The notes under the pieces: generated by a model | Told to the model about the DNA's origin: nothing | The model's database searches: none | Seen by the model: only the letters and a program-made list of their open reading frames with translations | DNA from: Patescibacteria group bacterium | GTDB lineage: Bacteria; Patescibacteriota; Patescibacteriia; XYB2-FULL-38-15 | Direction of reading: 5' to 3' | NCBI GenBank assembly: GCA_041653675.1 | Contig: JBAZEY010000001.1 | Location: 64,098-128,097, forward strand | DNA: 64,000 nucleotides | Shown: in pieces, positions 29,144-38,345 of the stretch | Numbering within the stretch: position 1 is the stretch's first letter | How the letters are laid out: the number at the start of each line of letters is the position of its first letter | Made by a program: the position numbers and the translations under genes

Positions 29144-29299
29144 ATGTCACAGGAAAATTTAATCAAAATGGAGTGTACAGTCTGCAAGCGCGTCAATTAT
29201 TTTTCTCATAAAAATAAAAAGACCTTGAAGAACAGATTGGAACTCAAAAAATACTGCAAGTGGTGTAAAAAACACGTTGCGCACAAAGAAACGAAATAA
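29144..29299 (+). CDS. rpmG: 50S ribosomal protein L33
   Basis: 51-aa [30 protein letters not shown]...[15 protein letters not shown] with the L33 Cys4 zinc-ribbon. Absent from the track because it is under 60 aa. Confidence 0.8.
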   Translation: MSQENLIKMECTVCKRVNYFSHKNKKTLKNRLELKKYCKWCKKHVAHKETK

Positions 29300-29339
29300 T
29301 AACCCGTCTGCCGCGAGGGTGGGCGCGTAATTTTTTCTT

Positions 29340-30893
29340 ATGCCCGAAGAGGGAAAGCAGGAAGTTCTAAAGCTCCCGAGCCTCATTGTTTTCGTGAGCA
29401 GTTTTTGTCTGATGGTCTTGGAACTTGTGGCCGGAAGATTAATGGCGCCGTATCTCGGCGTTTCTCTTTATACTTGGACAAGTATTATCGGCATAATTTT
29501 GGCCGGAATAAGTTTGGGAAATTATTTGGGCGGCCGTCTCGCCGACCAGAAACTCTCTCGGCAAATTCTGGGATCAACATTTTTTCTGGCGGGGATTTCT
29601 TCCGCCGCCGTGCTTTATCTTGTCCCAACGCTTGGAACGGTTTTGGGGAAAATGAATTTACCGCTCGCTCTTTCAACCTTTCTTTTTTCACTTGTCATCT
29701 TTTTTCCGGCAAGCATGTTTTTGGGCTGCATCTCGCCGATGGTCATAAAGTTTGATTTAAAAAATCTGGAGCAAACCGGGCGGACAGTCGGAAAAATTTA
29801 CGCCATGAGCACGCTCGGCAGTATTCTTGGAACTTTTGCCACGGGATTCTTTCTAATCTCACTTTTTTCCACAAAATATGTTGTCATTGGAATTTCCGCG
29901 ATTTTGATAATTTTGGGAATTATAATTTTTGGGCAAGGCAGGGGACTCTTAAAAGACAAAGCCAATATTATTTTTAGTTTAATTTTCGTCGGAAGTTTTT
30001 TCCTGCCGCAAAATTGCGACAAAGAAACAAATTACTATTGCATCAAGGCAACCGCGACGGAGACTGCGAGCGAAGCGCAAGGTTATGTTTTGAAACTTGA
30101 CCACTTGATTCATAGTTTTGTTTATCCGGGACAAGAAGAAATTTTGACTTACGAATACGAAAAACTTTATAAATTTTTGACGGACTATTGGTTGAACGAA
30201 AATAGGACAAATAATTTTTCATCGCTCTTTTTAGGCGGCGGGGGATACACGCTTCCCAGATATTTTGAAAAAAATTATTCCGGCGCGAGTTTAGAAGTCG
30301 CGGAAATTGATCCGGGCGTGACGAATTTTAATTATCAAAAATTAAGTTTAAATCCGGAAACAAAAATTAAGACCATAAACCAGGACGCGCGAATATATCT
30401 CCAGCGATTGCCGGCTGACAAAAAATATGATTTAATCTTTGGAGATGCTTTTAACGATTTTTCCGTTCCATATCACCTCACAACCCTTGAATTTGGGAAA
30501 GTGGTAAAAGAGCATTTGGCGCCTGGCGGATTTTACGCCGTGAATGTGATTGATGATTATAAATATGGAAAGTTTGTCAGTTCTTTTGTGAAAACCTTGG
30601 AAAAAATTTTTCCGAATGTTTATCTCGCCCCGCTTGCCCTGGATTGGAAAAAGGAGCATCGAAATACTTTTGTAGTTTTGGCCGGCGAGAAGCCGATAAA
30701 TGAAGAGGGTTGGTCGGCGATTTTGCGAGTGCTTGAGCAAGGCGGGCAATACAGCAATATGGATAAAGCGAGTTTTCTTGTGAGCAAAGATGAGACGCAG
30801 AAATTTTTGGAAGAAAAGGGAGCGATTGTTTTGACCGACGATTATGTTCCGACAGACAATTTGTTAGCTCCGGTTTTCAATTACGCGTATTAA
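29340..30893 (+). CDS. fused polytopic membrane domain / spermidine-synthase-like aminopropyltransferase
   Basis: N-terminal ~7 TM helices. C-terminal motifs FLGGGGYTLPRYF, VAEIDPGV, GDAFNDFSVPYHLTT as in spermidine synthase family proteins. Confidence 0.65.
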   Translation: MPEEGKQEVLKLPSLIVFVSSFCLMVLELVAGRLMAPYLGVSLYTWTSIIGIILAGISLGNYLGGRLADQKLSRQILGSTFFLAGISSAAVLYLVPTLGTVLGKMNLPLALSTFLFSLVIFFPASMFLGCISPMVIKFDLKNLEQTGRTVGKIYAMSTLGSILGTFATGFFLISLFSTKYVVIGISAILIILGIIIFGQGRGLLKDKANIIFSLIFVGSFFLPQNCDKETNYYCIKATATETASEAQGYVLKLDHLIHSFVYPGQEEILTYEYEKLYKFLTDYWLNENRTNNFSSLFLGGGGYTLPRYFEKNYSGASLEVAEIDPGVTNFNYQKLSLNPETKIKTINQDARIYLQRLPADKKYDLIFGDAFNDFSVPYHLTTLEFGKVVKEHLAPGGFYAVNVIDDYKYGKFVSSFVKTLEKIFPNVYLAPLALDWKKEHRNTFVVLAGEKPINEEGWSAILRVLEQGGQYSNMDKASFLVSKDETQKFLEEKGAIVLTDDYVPTDNLLAPVFNYAY

Positions 30894-30898
30894 ATTAC

Positions 30899-30969
30899 GG
30901 GGGTGTAGTTCAGTGGTAGAACACTGGTCTCCAAAACCAGGGATGAGGGTCCGATTCCTTCCGCCCCCG
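30899..30969 (+). tRNA. tRNA-Trp (anticodon CCA)
   Basis: Acceptor GGGGGTG/CGCCCCC (one G-U). Anticodon loop CTCCAAA. T-arm GAGGG-TCCGATT-CCTTC with an unusual C55. No encoded CCA. Confidence 0.7.
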
Positions 30970-31097
30970 CTTGGCCAAAGTTACCGTCCGTGACGGTTAT
31001 TTTGGCCAATGAGGTCGGAGTTGGAGAGAAGCCGCGCCCCGTAAGTCCGTTGCGGCCGTTTCTGCACCGAGGAGCCTCCGATTCCTTCCGCCCCCGT
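30950..31097 (+). repeat. 20-nt direct repeat of the tRNA-Trp 3' end (TCCGATTCCTTCCGCCCCCG at 30950-30969 and 31078-31097) flanking a ~108-bp hairpin-containing spacer
   Basis: Exact duplication read from the sequence. Spacer has an imperfect palindrome GGCCAAAGTTACCGTC...GACGGTTATTTTGGCC. Confidence 0.6.
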
Positions 31098-31140
31098 GGA
31101 AAATACTGATCTTAGTAGAAAAATAATTTAACTTAAAAAT

Positions 31141-31629
31141 ATGAACAACGAAAATAAAGAATGTTGCCCAAAATTTAATCCGGAAAAATGGAACGAAAAA
31201 ACGTATACCTGGGATAACAAGCCGTTTATAAAAGAAACTATTCCGACGTTTCTTCACATGCCGCTTCCCTCAATGATTGGTAAAAAAGTTACTAAAATGT
31301 GCAAGATGATGGAAGATTCGAAAAAGGCAGAAGCTAACGGTGAGGATGTTTTATTATTGTTCCACGATCCCAGCGCTTTTAAATCGGAAATATTTTTATC
31401 GGTTACCGGTCCGGTGGAAAATGCGAATAATGTGAATCTTTCCGGCACATTTGTTGCTAAAGTTTTTTCCGGCCCGTATAATGCCATTCCAAAATTTATA
31501 AAACAAATTGATGAATATTTGGCGGCGCAAGGAAAGAAAGCTAAGGATTATTATGTTCATTACGCCTACTGCCCCAAGTGCGCGAAAAAATACGGCGATA
31601 ACTATATGATTTTATTCGCCCAGATTTAA
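31141..31629 (+). CDS. hypothetical Cys-containing protein
   Basis: ORF. Pairs CCPKF and CPKCAKKYG suggest metal binding. Confidence 0.4.
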   Translation: MNNENKECCPKFNPEKWNEKTYTWDNKPFIKETIPTFLHMPLPSMIGKKVTKMCKMMEDSKKAEANGEDVLLLFHDPSAFKSEIFLSVTGPVENANNVNLSGTFVAKVFSGPYNAIPKFIKQIDEYLAAQGKKAKDYYVHYAYCPKCAKKYGDNYMILFAQI

Positions 31630-31683
31630 ATTTCCGCCCCCGCCTTGACCGAAACCGCCGCTTTGCGGAGTTAACGTAAATTT

Positions 31684-32790
31684 ATGAAAAAGGCAATTCT
31701 TTACAATGTTATCGGAGTGCTCGCGGTCTTAGCCATAATAATTTTTAAGATATCAATGATCTGGGTAATTCTGGGAGTGTTGGCACTTTTTATTTTTATA
31801 ATTTTTAATCCATTCAGACTTTCCGTTGAGGAGATTCCTAAAGGATTTGCTGAGAAAAAATTTAATACAGGAAAAGTAATCTTAAACTATATTGAAGGCC
31901 CGGATAACGGGCCTCCGCTATTGTTCATCCCGGGGCAGACGGAATTTTGGCAGGGATATAAATTGGTAATTCCGTATTTCGAAAAAAAATATCATGTTTT
32001 TGTCGTTGATGTCAGGGGACACGGAAAATCAACGCATACTCCTGGAGAATATTCATATAACATCATCGGCGAGGATTTCAAAGAATTTTTGAAAAATGTC
32101 GTTAGGAAACCCGCGATTGTATCCGGGCTTTCTTCAGGAGCAATTCTTTCGCTTTGGCTGGCGGCCAATGCGCCCGAACACGTTTCCGCGGCAATCAGCG
32201 AAGACCCGCCGCTTTTTTCTTCCATGTATCCAAGAATCAAGGAAGAAAAATACATGTATCACATTTTTAAAACAATGATAGATACTCTTGAACCGGAAAG
32301 AGATATAAAAAATTATTTTTTATTGCAGGGAATTCCTCATCCTAAAGGCAGAAAAGAACTTTTGCTGATTCCTTCTTGGATAGCCAATTTTATCACCGGA
32401 CTTTTTTATCTCAATAAAAAATTTCGTCCCAAAAAACAATATGACGTGCCCATGGCTCCTTATAGCGGACGAGCGGGTTTCAAGTTTTTGAGCGAATACG
32501 ATGTTGATTTTTCCAAGGCAACAATTGACGGAAGGTTAACCGAAGGATTTGATCCGGAAGAAACATTGAAAAAAATAAAATGCCCAGTTTTGTTAATCCA
32601 GGCAAAGTGCACACGAGATGAAAATTGGGGAATTATCGGAGCGCTGGAAGATGAAGATGTTCAAAAAATCCTCCCGATTGTAAAAAATTTAAAACATGTG
32701 CATGTTGATTCTTTCCACGATGTTCATTTGTCAAAACCAAAGATATTTATCAAAGTGGTTAATGATTATTTGGAAAGTTTAAATAAATAA
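31684..32790 (+). CDS. alpha/beta-hydrolase fold protein with N-terminal TM anchor
   Basis: Nucleophile elbow GLSSGA (G-x-S-x-G), HG oxyanion motif RGHGKS, C-terminal His. Confidence 0.6.
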   Translation: MKKAILYNVIGVLAVLAIIIFKISMIWVILGVLALFIFIIFNPFRLSVEEIPKGFAEKKFNTGKVILNYIEGPDNGPPLLFIPGQTEFWQGYKLVIPYFEKKYHVFVVDVRGHGKSTHTPGEYSYNIIGEDFKEFLKNVVRKPAIVSGLSSGAILSLWLAANAPEHVSAAISEDPPLFSSMYPRIKEEKYMYHIFKTMIDTLEPERDIKNYFLLQGIPHPKGRKELLLIPSWIANFITGLFYLNKKFRPKKQYDVPMAPYSGRAGFKFLSEYDVDFSKATIDGRLTEGFDPEETLKKIKCPVLLIQAKCTRDENWGIIGALEDEDVQKILPIVKNLKHVHVDSFHDVHLSKPKIFIKVVNDYLESLNK

Positions 32791-32843
32791 TTTTCCGCCA
32801 AAGGATAAAATATGCCCTTGGCACGACTTCCGTCCCCGCCACT

Positions 32844-33377
32844 ATGCCCAAACTGTCATATCAAAATAGAAGATATACTATCACGTTGTACGACCCAGAT
32901 TGGAAGAAAAATTTTGAAAACGAGGTTAAAATAATTCAACCAATTTTTGCCGGTAAAGCATTACAGATTGAACACATTGGAAGCACTTCTGTCCCGGGTC
33001 TAGCGGGAAAACCAACAATAGATATTCTTGTTTTAGTAAACGATGTTTCTGAAATTGATGGACTAAATAAAAAAATGGAAGATATTGGCTACAAGGTGTT
33101 GGGTGAATATGTGATGCCGGGAGCTCAGCTTTTTGTAAAGGAGAAAAATGATGTTCGACTGGTAAATTTGCACGTATTCCAAAAGGATCATTCCCACGTA
33201 AAAGAAATGCTTCAGCTGCGCGACTATCTTCGCGTTCATCCAGAGGATGTGAAAGAATATAGTGATTTAAAATTTGAGTTAGCCGAAAAGTATCCAAACG
33301 ACTACGCCCAGTACCGTAAATATAAGGATGAGTATATGGAAAGGTTAAAGGATAAAGTAAGAAAAAGTTTTAGTTAA
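32844..33377 (+). CDS. GrpB-family protein (nucleotidyltransferase-fold, UPF0157)
   Basis: IEHIGSTSVPGLAGKPTIDILV motif. Confidence 0.65.
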   Translation: MPKLSYQNRRYTITLYDPDWKKNFENEVKIIQPIFAGKALQIEHIGSTSVPGLAGKPTIDILVLVNDVSEIDGLNKKMEDIGYKVLGEYVMPGAQLFVKEKNDVRLVNLHVFQKDHSHVKEMLQLRDYLRVHPEDVKEYSDLKFELAEKYPNDYAQYRKYKDEYMERLKDKVRKSFS

Positions 33378-33383
33378 ATTTTT

Positions 33384-34022
33384 ATGAAACTTCTTTTAAC
33401 TTCAGTTGGTTGGCGAAAAAATCCCGAAATAGGGAAAGAATTTTTAAAACTTGTCGGGAAAAAACCGTCGGAAGTAAAAATATTTTTAGTCGTGACTCCG
33501 AGAAAATATCTCAAAAGAAATAAATACATATTAAGATTGTTTAGGCAGTTTAAGGTGGCAAAAATTTCGGAAAAAAATGTTACGTTTTTTAAACTTGACA
33601 GAAAGGCCAAAAAGGAAGATTTAAAAAACATTGATGTTGTTTTCGTTTTTGGTGGAAACACTTTTGAGTATTTATACAGAATTAAAAAAACGGGTCTTGA
33701 TAAATTGATAAAAAGTTTTGTCAAAAGGGGCGGAGTTTACGTTGGCTTAAGCGCTGGCAGTTATGTTGCTTGTCCCACGATTGAAGCCGCCGGATGGAAA
33801 CATGCAGATACAAATTTTGTGAAGTTAAAAAATTTAAATGGTTTGAACCTAGTTCCTTTCTTGATAACAGCACATTTCAGTGAAAGATTTCGTCCTATCA
33901 TCGAAAGATCGGCTAAAAACACCAAATATGAAGTTATTGCTTTGACTGATAAGCAGGCGGTGTTAATTAAGGGAAAAAGTAGAAAAATTATTGGAAAAGG
34001 AAAAAAGAATATTCTAAACTAA
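33384..34022 (+). CDS. peptidase S51 / type-1 glutamine amidotransferase-like (PepE-like)
   Basis: VVFVFGGNTFEYLYRIKKTGLD...GGVYVGLSAGSYV (nucleophile Ser context). Confidence 0.6.
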   Translation: MKLLLTSVGWRKNPEIGKEFLKLVGKKPSEVKIFLVVTPRKYLKRNKYILRLFRQFKVAKISEKNVTFFKLDRKAKKEDLKNIDVVFVFGGNTFEYLYRIKKTGLDKLIKSFVKRGGVYVGLSAGSYVACPTIEAAGWKHADTNFVKLKNLNGLNLVPFLITAHFSERFRPIIERSAKNTKYEVIALTDKQAVLIKGKSRKIIGKGKKNILN

Positions 34023-34122
34023 AATTAATTAAGTTCTCGCCCTCGGCGGAGATTCCTTCCGTTCACGCGGAAAATTCTGATTTTAAAACCAGGGACGTGG
34101 GTTTTTAACCCCGCAATACTCT

Positions 34123-35016
34123 ATGCAATTTTTTTCTGATTTATTAATTGTGAAGAGTCTCTCAGTGTATAGTTTTTTATTAGTAGTGATGGTTAGCTTA
34201 ATCAGTTTTTTGTTTATCAAAGACGGATCAAATAAATCTAAAAATCTACAAAAAATAATAGGTGGCTTGTCAGTATTTATTATTGCGATAATTTCCCAAA
34301 ATGGATGGGTTTTTAGTTTATCGGTATTTGTAGGAGGTTTAATAATTGCTAGCGAGGATTTTATGAAGTTTTTTGCGGCAATTATGAAAACTTCCGGAGA
34401 TAAAGTGCCAGAGACAATAGATGCTTTGAATGCGTCAAAGGCAAGTACAAAAGATATTGATAAAAAAATTGAAGAAGAAGGGGCCGGGGCGGACGTTAAA
34501 GTTTTTGGTGAGGAGGAAGGTGGTTTGGAAGTTACGCATTGTGGAGACAAATTAAAGATGGGTTCAAATGATCGCGTAAATGAGAGAATTGCTAAAATAA
34601 AAATAATAGAAGAACAGCTTCAGCCAATTTTGGCCACAGAATTTGGGAAAAATTATGAAAGTAATATGAAAATTACTAAGGGTAAACAATCTTTAGTCGT
34701 TGACGGATTGATTAGAAAGAAAAATAAAATTAGGAAAGTGGTGGAGATTAAATACATTAGTAAGGAAAGTTTCCCGGCCATTAAATATCTAATAGCAAGA
34801 ATACGAGAGAAGCTCGCTAAAATGGATATTTCCAGGAAGATAATGTTGGTTATTGTTTCGGAGACCATGACCGTTGAAATAGCATCAAATATAAGGAAAG
34901 AAAATTGGGGACTTGCCATTTTATGGTTTTTTAAATTTGCTGATAACAAGGTATATCCAATATTAACAAAAGAAGAATTTGTAATACCCAGCGTGTCAGA
35001 GTCTTCAGAGGTATAA
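34123..35016 (+). CDS. hypothetical membrane protein
   Basis: Two or three N-terminal TM helices and a charged C-terminal domain. Confidence 0.4.
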   Translation: MQFFSDLLIVKSLSVYSFLLVVMVSLISFLFIKDGSNKSKNLQKIIGGLSVFIIAIISQNGWVFSLSVFVGGLIIASEDFMKFFAAIMKTSGDKVPETIDALNASKASTKDIDKKIEEEGAGADVKVFGEEEGGLEVTHCGDKLKMGSNDRVNERIAKIKIIEEQLQPILATEFGKNYESNMKITKGKQSLVVDGLIRKKNKIRKVVEIKYISKESFPAIKYLIARIREKLAKMDISRKIMLVIVSETMTVEIASNIRKENWGLAILWFFKFADNKVYPILTKEEFVIPSVSESSEV

Positions 35017-35021
35017 ATTGA

Positions 35022-35996
35022 TTGTTTATGCCAATCATTGAAATAAAAAACTTAACCAAAAAATACAACGGCTTGACGGCCGTTGATGGTTTGAATTTGG
35101 AAGTTCAAGAAGGGGAGATTTTCGGTTTGCTCGGACCAAACGGCGCGGGAAAGACGACAACCTTGATGATGCTCACCACGCTCGTGAAACCAACCTCGGG
35201 AACCGCTCTCGTCGGCGGATTTGATATTGTAAAAAATCCGGCGGATGTCCGGCGGTCGATTGGCATTGTTTTTCAGGATCCAAGTTCTGATGAAATTTTA
35301 ACCGGTTATGAAAATTTAAAACTCCACGGCATGCTCTACGGTATGCCGGCGAAATTGCGCGAAGAAAGAATTAAGGAAGTTTTGGAACTCGTGGAACTAA
35401 CGGAGCGAAAGAATGATTTAGTAAAAAAATATTCTGGCGGAATGCGGCGGCGGTTGGAAATGGCGCGCGGCTTAATGCACCATCCGAAGATTTTATTTTT
35501 AGACGAGCCGACGCTCGGCCTTGATCCGCAAACGCGCGAACACATTTGGAAATATGTGGACGATCTCGTCCAAAAAGAAAAAATTACAGTTATTATTACA
35601 ACTCATTATATGGACGAGGCGGATAAACTTTGCGACCGGCTCGCGATTATTGATCATGGAAAAATTTCCGCTCTGGATTCGCCCGCGAAATTAAAACAAG
35701 TCGTGGGCGGGGATGTTGTAGTTTTAAAAACCAAAAATCCAAATTTGGAAAATATTAAAAAATTGGAATTTGTAAAAAAAATCCAGACAAAAGACGACAT
35801 AGTTTCTCTTACCGTGACAAACGCCGGCGAACATTTGCCGGAAATTTTAGCAGCCATTGGAAAAGTGGAATCCGTAGAAGTCCATCTGCCAACGCTTGAA
35901 GATGTTTTCCTGCATTATACCGGCCGGGCAATTCGGGAAGCATCGGGCGAGGGCGGATGGGCGGAAAAAGTTATGGCTTTCAGGGCGAAGAAATAG
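35022..35996 (+). CDS. ABC transporter ATP-binding protein
   Basis: Walker A GPNGAGKTT, signature YSGGMRRRL, Walker B ILFLDEPT. Confidence 0.8.
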   Translation: MFMPIIEIKNLTKKYNGLTAVDGLNLEVQEGEIFGLLGPNGAGKTTTLMMLTTLVKPTSGTALVGGFDIVKNPADVRRSIGIVFQDPSSDEILTGYENLKLHGMLYGMPAKLREERIKEVLELVELTERKNDLVKKYSGGMRRRLEMARGLMHHPKILFLDEPTLGLDPQTREHIWKYVDDLVQKEKITVIITTHYMDEADKLCDRLAIIDHGKISALDSPAKLKQVVGGDVVVLKTKNPNLENIKKLEFVKKIQTKDDIVSLTVTNAGEHLPEILAAIGKVESVEVHLPTLEDVFLHYTGRAIREASGEGGWAEKVMAFRAKK

Positions 35997-36022
35997 AATC
36001 TAGAAAATAGAAAGTAGAATAT

Positions 36023-36802
36023 ATGAATATACAAAATGAATTAGTCGGAATTTTGGCCGTGTGGTATCGGGAGTTTAAAGTTTTCTTGCGGGAAAAATCA
36101 AGAATCGTGGGGTCAATCGTCACGCCGGTTCTTTGGCTTTTGATTTTCGGCGGGGGATTGGGCAGCAGCGTTTCTATCTCAGGATTAAATTATCAAGCTT
36201 TTATTTTCCCCGGAATCCTTACTCAGGCGGTGCTTTTTTCTTCAGTTTTTTTCGGCGTCTATATCGTTTGGGACAGGAAAGTAGATTTTTTGAAAGAAGT
36301 TTTGGTGGCGCCAATTTCTAGGACTTCAATTTTTATCGGAAAAGTTGTCGGCGGCACGACAGACGCTCTTCTCCAATCTTTGATATTGCTCGTGATCGGC
36401 TGGATTTTCGGCTACTTTGGAATAATTCCCGGACTTCACATCACGATATTTTCTTTTTTTCTCGCGATTTTGGTTTTGTTTATTACGACGACTTCACTCG
36501 TTAGTATTGGTTTGATTGTCGGATCGCAAATGGAAAGCCCGGAAGGATTTCAGCTGATTTCAAGTTTTCTTATTTTCCCGCTTTTCTTCCTCTCCGGCGC
36601 GCTTTTCCCGATTAACAATCTGCCGGCATGGCTCGCACCATTTACTTTTTTAAATCCGATAACTTATTGCGTTGACGCGCTTCGAAACGTTATTCTCGGC
36701 ACGGCGCAATTTTCCTTGGCCCACGATCTGGTAATTATGGCAATCTTTACCGTTGTGGCTATCGCCGTCGGCACTTACTCTTTCAAAAAAATGAAGGTTT
36801 AG
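36023..36802 (+). CDS. ABC-2 type transporter permease
   Basis: Six TM helices. Immediately downstream of the ATPase. Confidence 0.7.
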   Translation: MNIQNELVGILAVWYREFKVFLREKSRIVGSIVTPVLWLLIFGGGLGSSVSISGLNYQAFIFPGILTQAVLFSSVFFGVYIVWDRKVDFLKEVLVAPISRTSIFIGKVVGGTTDALLQSLILLVIGWIFGYFGIIPGLHITIFSFFLAILVLFITTTSLVSIGLIVGSQMESPEGFQLISSFLIFPLFFLSGALFPINNLPAWLAPFTFLNPITYCVDALRNVILGTAQFSLAHDLVIMAIFTVVAIAVGTYSFKKMKV

Positions 36803-36858
36803 GGCGAACACTTTTGTGCTCGCCGCTTTCCGTTAAATCGGCTAAAAGCCGATTTTTA
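36802..36858 (+). terminator. tandem hairpins ending in T-run (ATCGGCTAAAAGCCGATTTTT)
   Basis: Read from the sequence. Confidence 0.55.
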
Positions 36859-36869
36859 GTTTAGTTCCC

Positions 36870-36898
36870 TTGACATAGTTTCTTTTCCGTGTTATACT
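36870..36898 (+). promoter_or_regulatory. near-consensus sigma70 promoter TTGACA-17-TATACT, giving a ~115-nt structured 5' leader for the DEAD-box helicase gene
   Basis: Hexamers and spacer read from the sequence. Confidence 0.55.
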
Positions 36899-37015
36899 AA
36901 GTAATCTTAAATAATGTCGCGACTAATTTTTGTCCCGACAAGACTCGAACCTCTTTTGTGTCATGCATTAAATTATGTGGCCCCTACTAGAGAAATCGGG
37001 TCACTAATTTTTTTT

Positions 37016-38332
37016 ATGACACCTAAAACACAAACGGCTGTTCGCTTTAGCGATCTCGGCCTCTCGCAAAAAATGCTTTCCATTTTGGAACGGCAGAATT
37101 TTTCCGTTCCAACTCCTATTCAGCATAAATGTATTCCCTTGGCCCTGGAAGGCCGGGATATCGTGGGTATTGCCCAGACCGGCACGGGCAAGACCCTGGC
37201 TTTCGGTTTACCAATGATTGAGCGATTGGCCAAATGCCGAGGCCAGGCTTTGATTTTAATGCCGACAAGAGAACTTGCCTTGCAGGTTGACGAAGTTTTG
37301 CAAAAAATCGGACGTTCAATCGGTCTCAAAACCGCGGTTGTAATCGGAGGCGCGTCTTCGCATCAGCAATTGCAGATGTTACGCCGCAATCCGCACGTCG
37401 TGGTTTCGACTCCGGGCCGCTTGATTGACCACCTTCATCAAAAAAATTATTCGTTGCGAAACGTAAAAATTATTATTTTGGACGAAGCAGACCGCATGTT
37501 GGATATTGGTTTCGCGCCGCAGTTGAAACAGATTTTATCTGTCGCTCCGAGCGAGAGACAGACAATGCTTTTTTCGGCAACAATGCCGGGAGCAATCGCG
37601 GAGATCGCCAAGGGGCACATGAGAACGCCCATGCGAATTGAAGTGGCGCCGTCGGGCACGCCGGCCGAGAATATTGATCAAAAAATATTTATTGCCAGCA
37701 AAGAACAAAAAATGCAGTTGTTAGATAAAGTTTTAACCGATAATTCTGGAACAGCATTAATTTTTGCCCGCACAAAATTTGGCGCTAAAAAGATTGCGGC
37801 GAATTTAAATGCGTCAGGATACCGCGCGGCGGAAATTCATTCTAACCGCTCGCTAGCTCAGCGCAAGGAAGCGCTTGGCGGTTTTAAATCCGGTAAATAC
37901 CGAGTGCTTGTCGCGACAGATATTGCCGCTCGCGGCATTGATGTGAATGACATCGCCATGGTTATAAATTTTGATTTGCCTGACAATCCGGAAGATTACG
38001 TGCATCGTATCGGACGCACCGGCCGAGCCGGAAATTCCGGCCAGGCAATATCTTTTGCCTCTCCAGGGGAAACATACGATATTCGGCAGATTGAGCGGTT
38101 GATCAGACGGGCGATTCCCGTTGTCGGTTTGCCGGTTTTGCCGCCCCGCCGCGCTAATTTAGTGGAAACCGACCGGGACCAGGGAAGAGGAAACGGAAGT
38201 TATGCCCGCGGCGGAAATCATAATTTTCAAAAACGAAGCGGTGGTTTTAAATATGGCGGCGCTCCAAAACGGCGAGGAGGCGGCCGAGAGTTTGGTTCGT
38301 TCGCGCGCCGCGAGAGTTATGCTCGCATTTAA
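37016..38332 (+). CDS. DEAD-box ATP-dependent RNA helicase with Gly/Arg-rich C-terminal tail
   Basis: Q-motif, Walker A AQTGTGKT, DEAD (ILDEAD), SAT, HRIGRTGRAG. C-terminal RGG-like tail. Confidence 0.8.
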   Translation: MTPKTQTAVRFSDLGLSQKMLSILERQNFSVPTPIQHKCIPLALEGRDIVGIAQTGTGKTLAFGLPMIERLAKCRGQALILMPTRELALQVDEVLQKIGRSIGLKTAVVIGGASSHQQLQMLRRNPHVVVSTPGRLIDHLHQKNYSLRNVKIIILDEADRMLDIGFAPQLKQILSVAPSERQTMLFSATMPGAIAEIAKGHMRTPMRIEVAPSGTPAENIDQKIFIASKEQKMQLLDKVLTDNSGTALIFARTKFGAKKIAANLNASGYRAAEIHSNRSLAQRKEALGGFKSGKYRVLVATDIAARGIDVNDIAMVINFDLPDNPEDYVHRIGRTGRAGNSGQAISFASPGETYDIRQIERLIRRAIPVVGLPVLPPRRANLVETDRDQGRGNGSYARGGNHNFQKRSGGFKYGGAPKRRGGGREFGSFARRESYARI

Positions 38333-38345
38333 GTAAGATTTTTAT

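Noticed and set aside
30970-31097. Second tRNA downstream of tRNA-Trp (because of the repeated T-arm/acceptor sequence)
   Set aside because: Only the last 20 nt are duplicated. The upstream spacer has no acceptor 5' strand, D-arm or anticodon arm.
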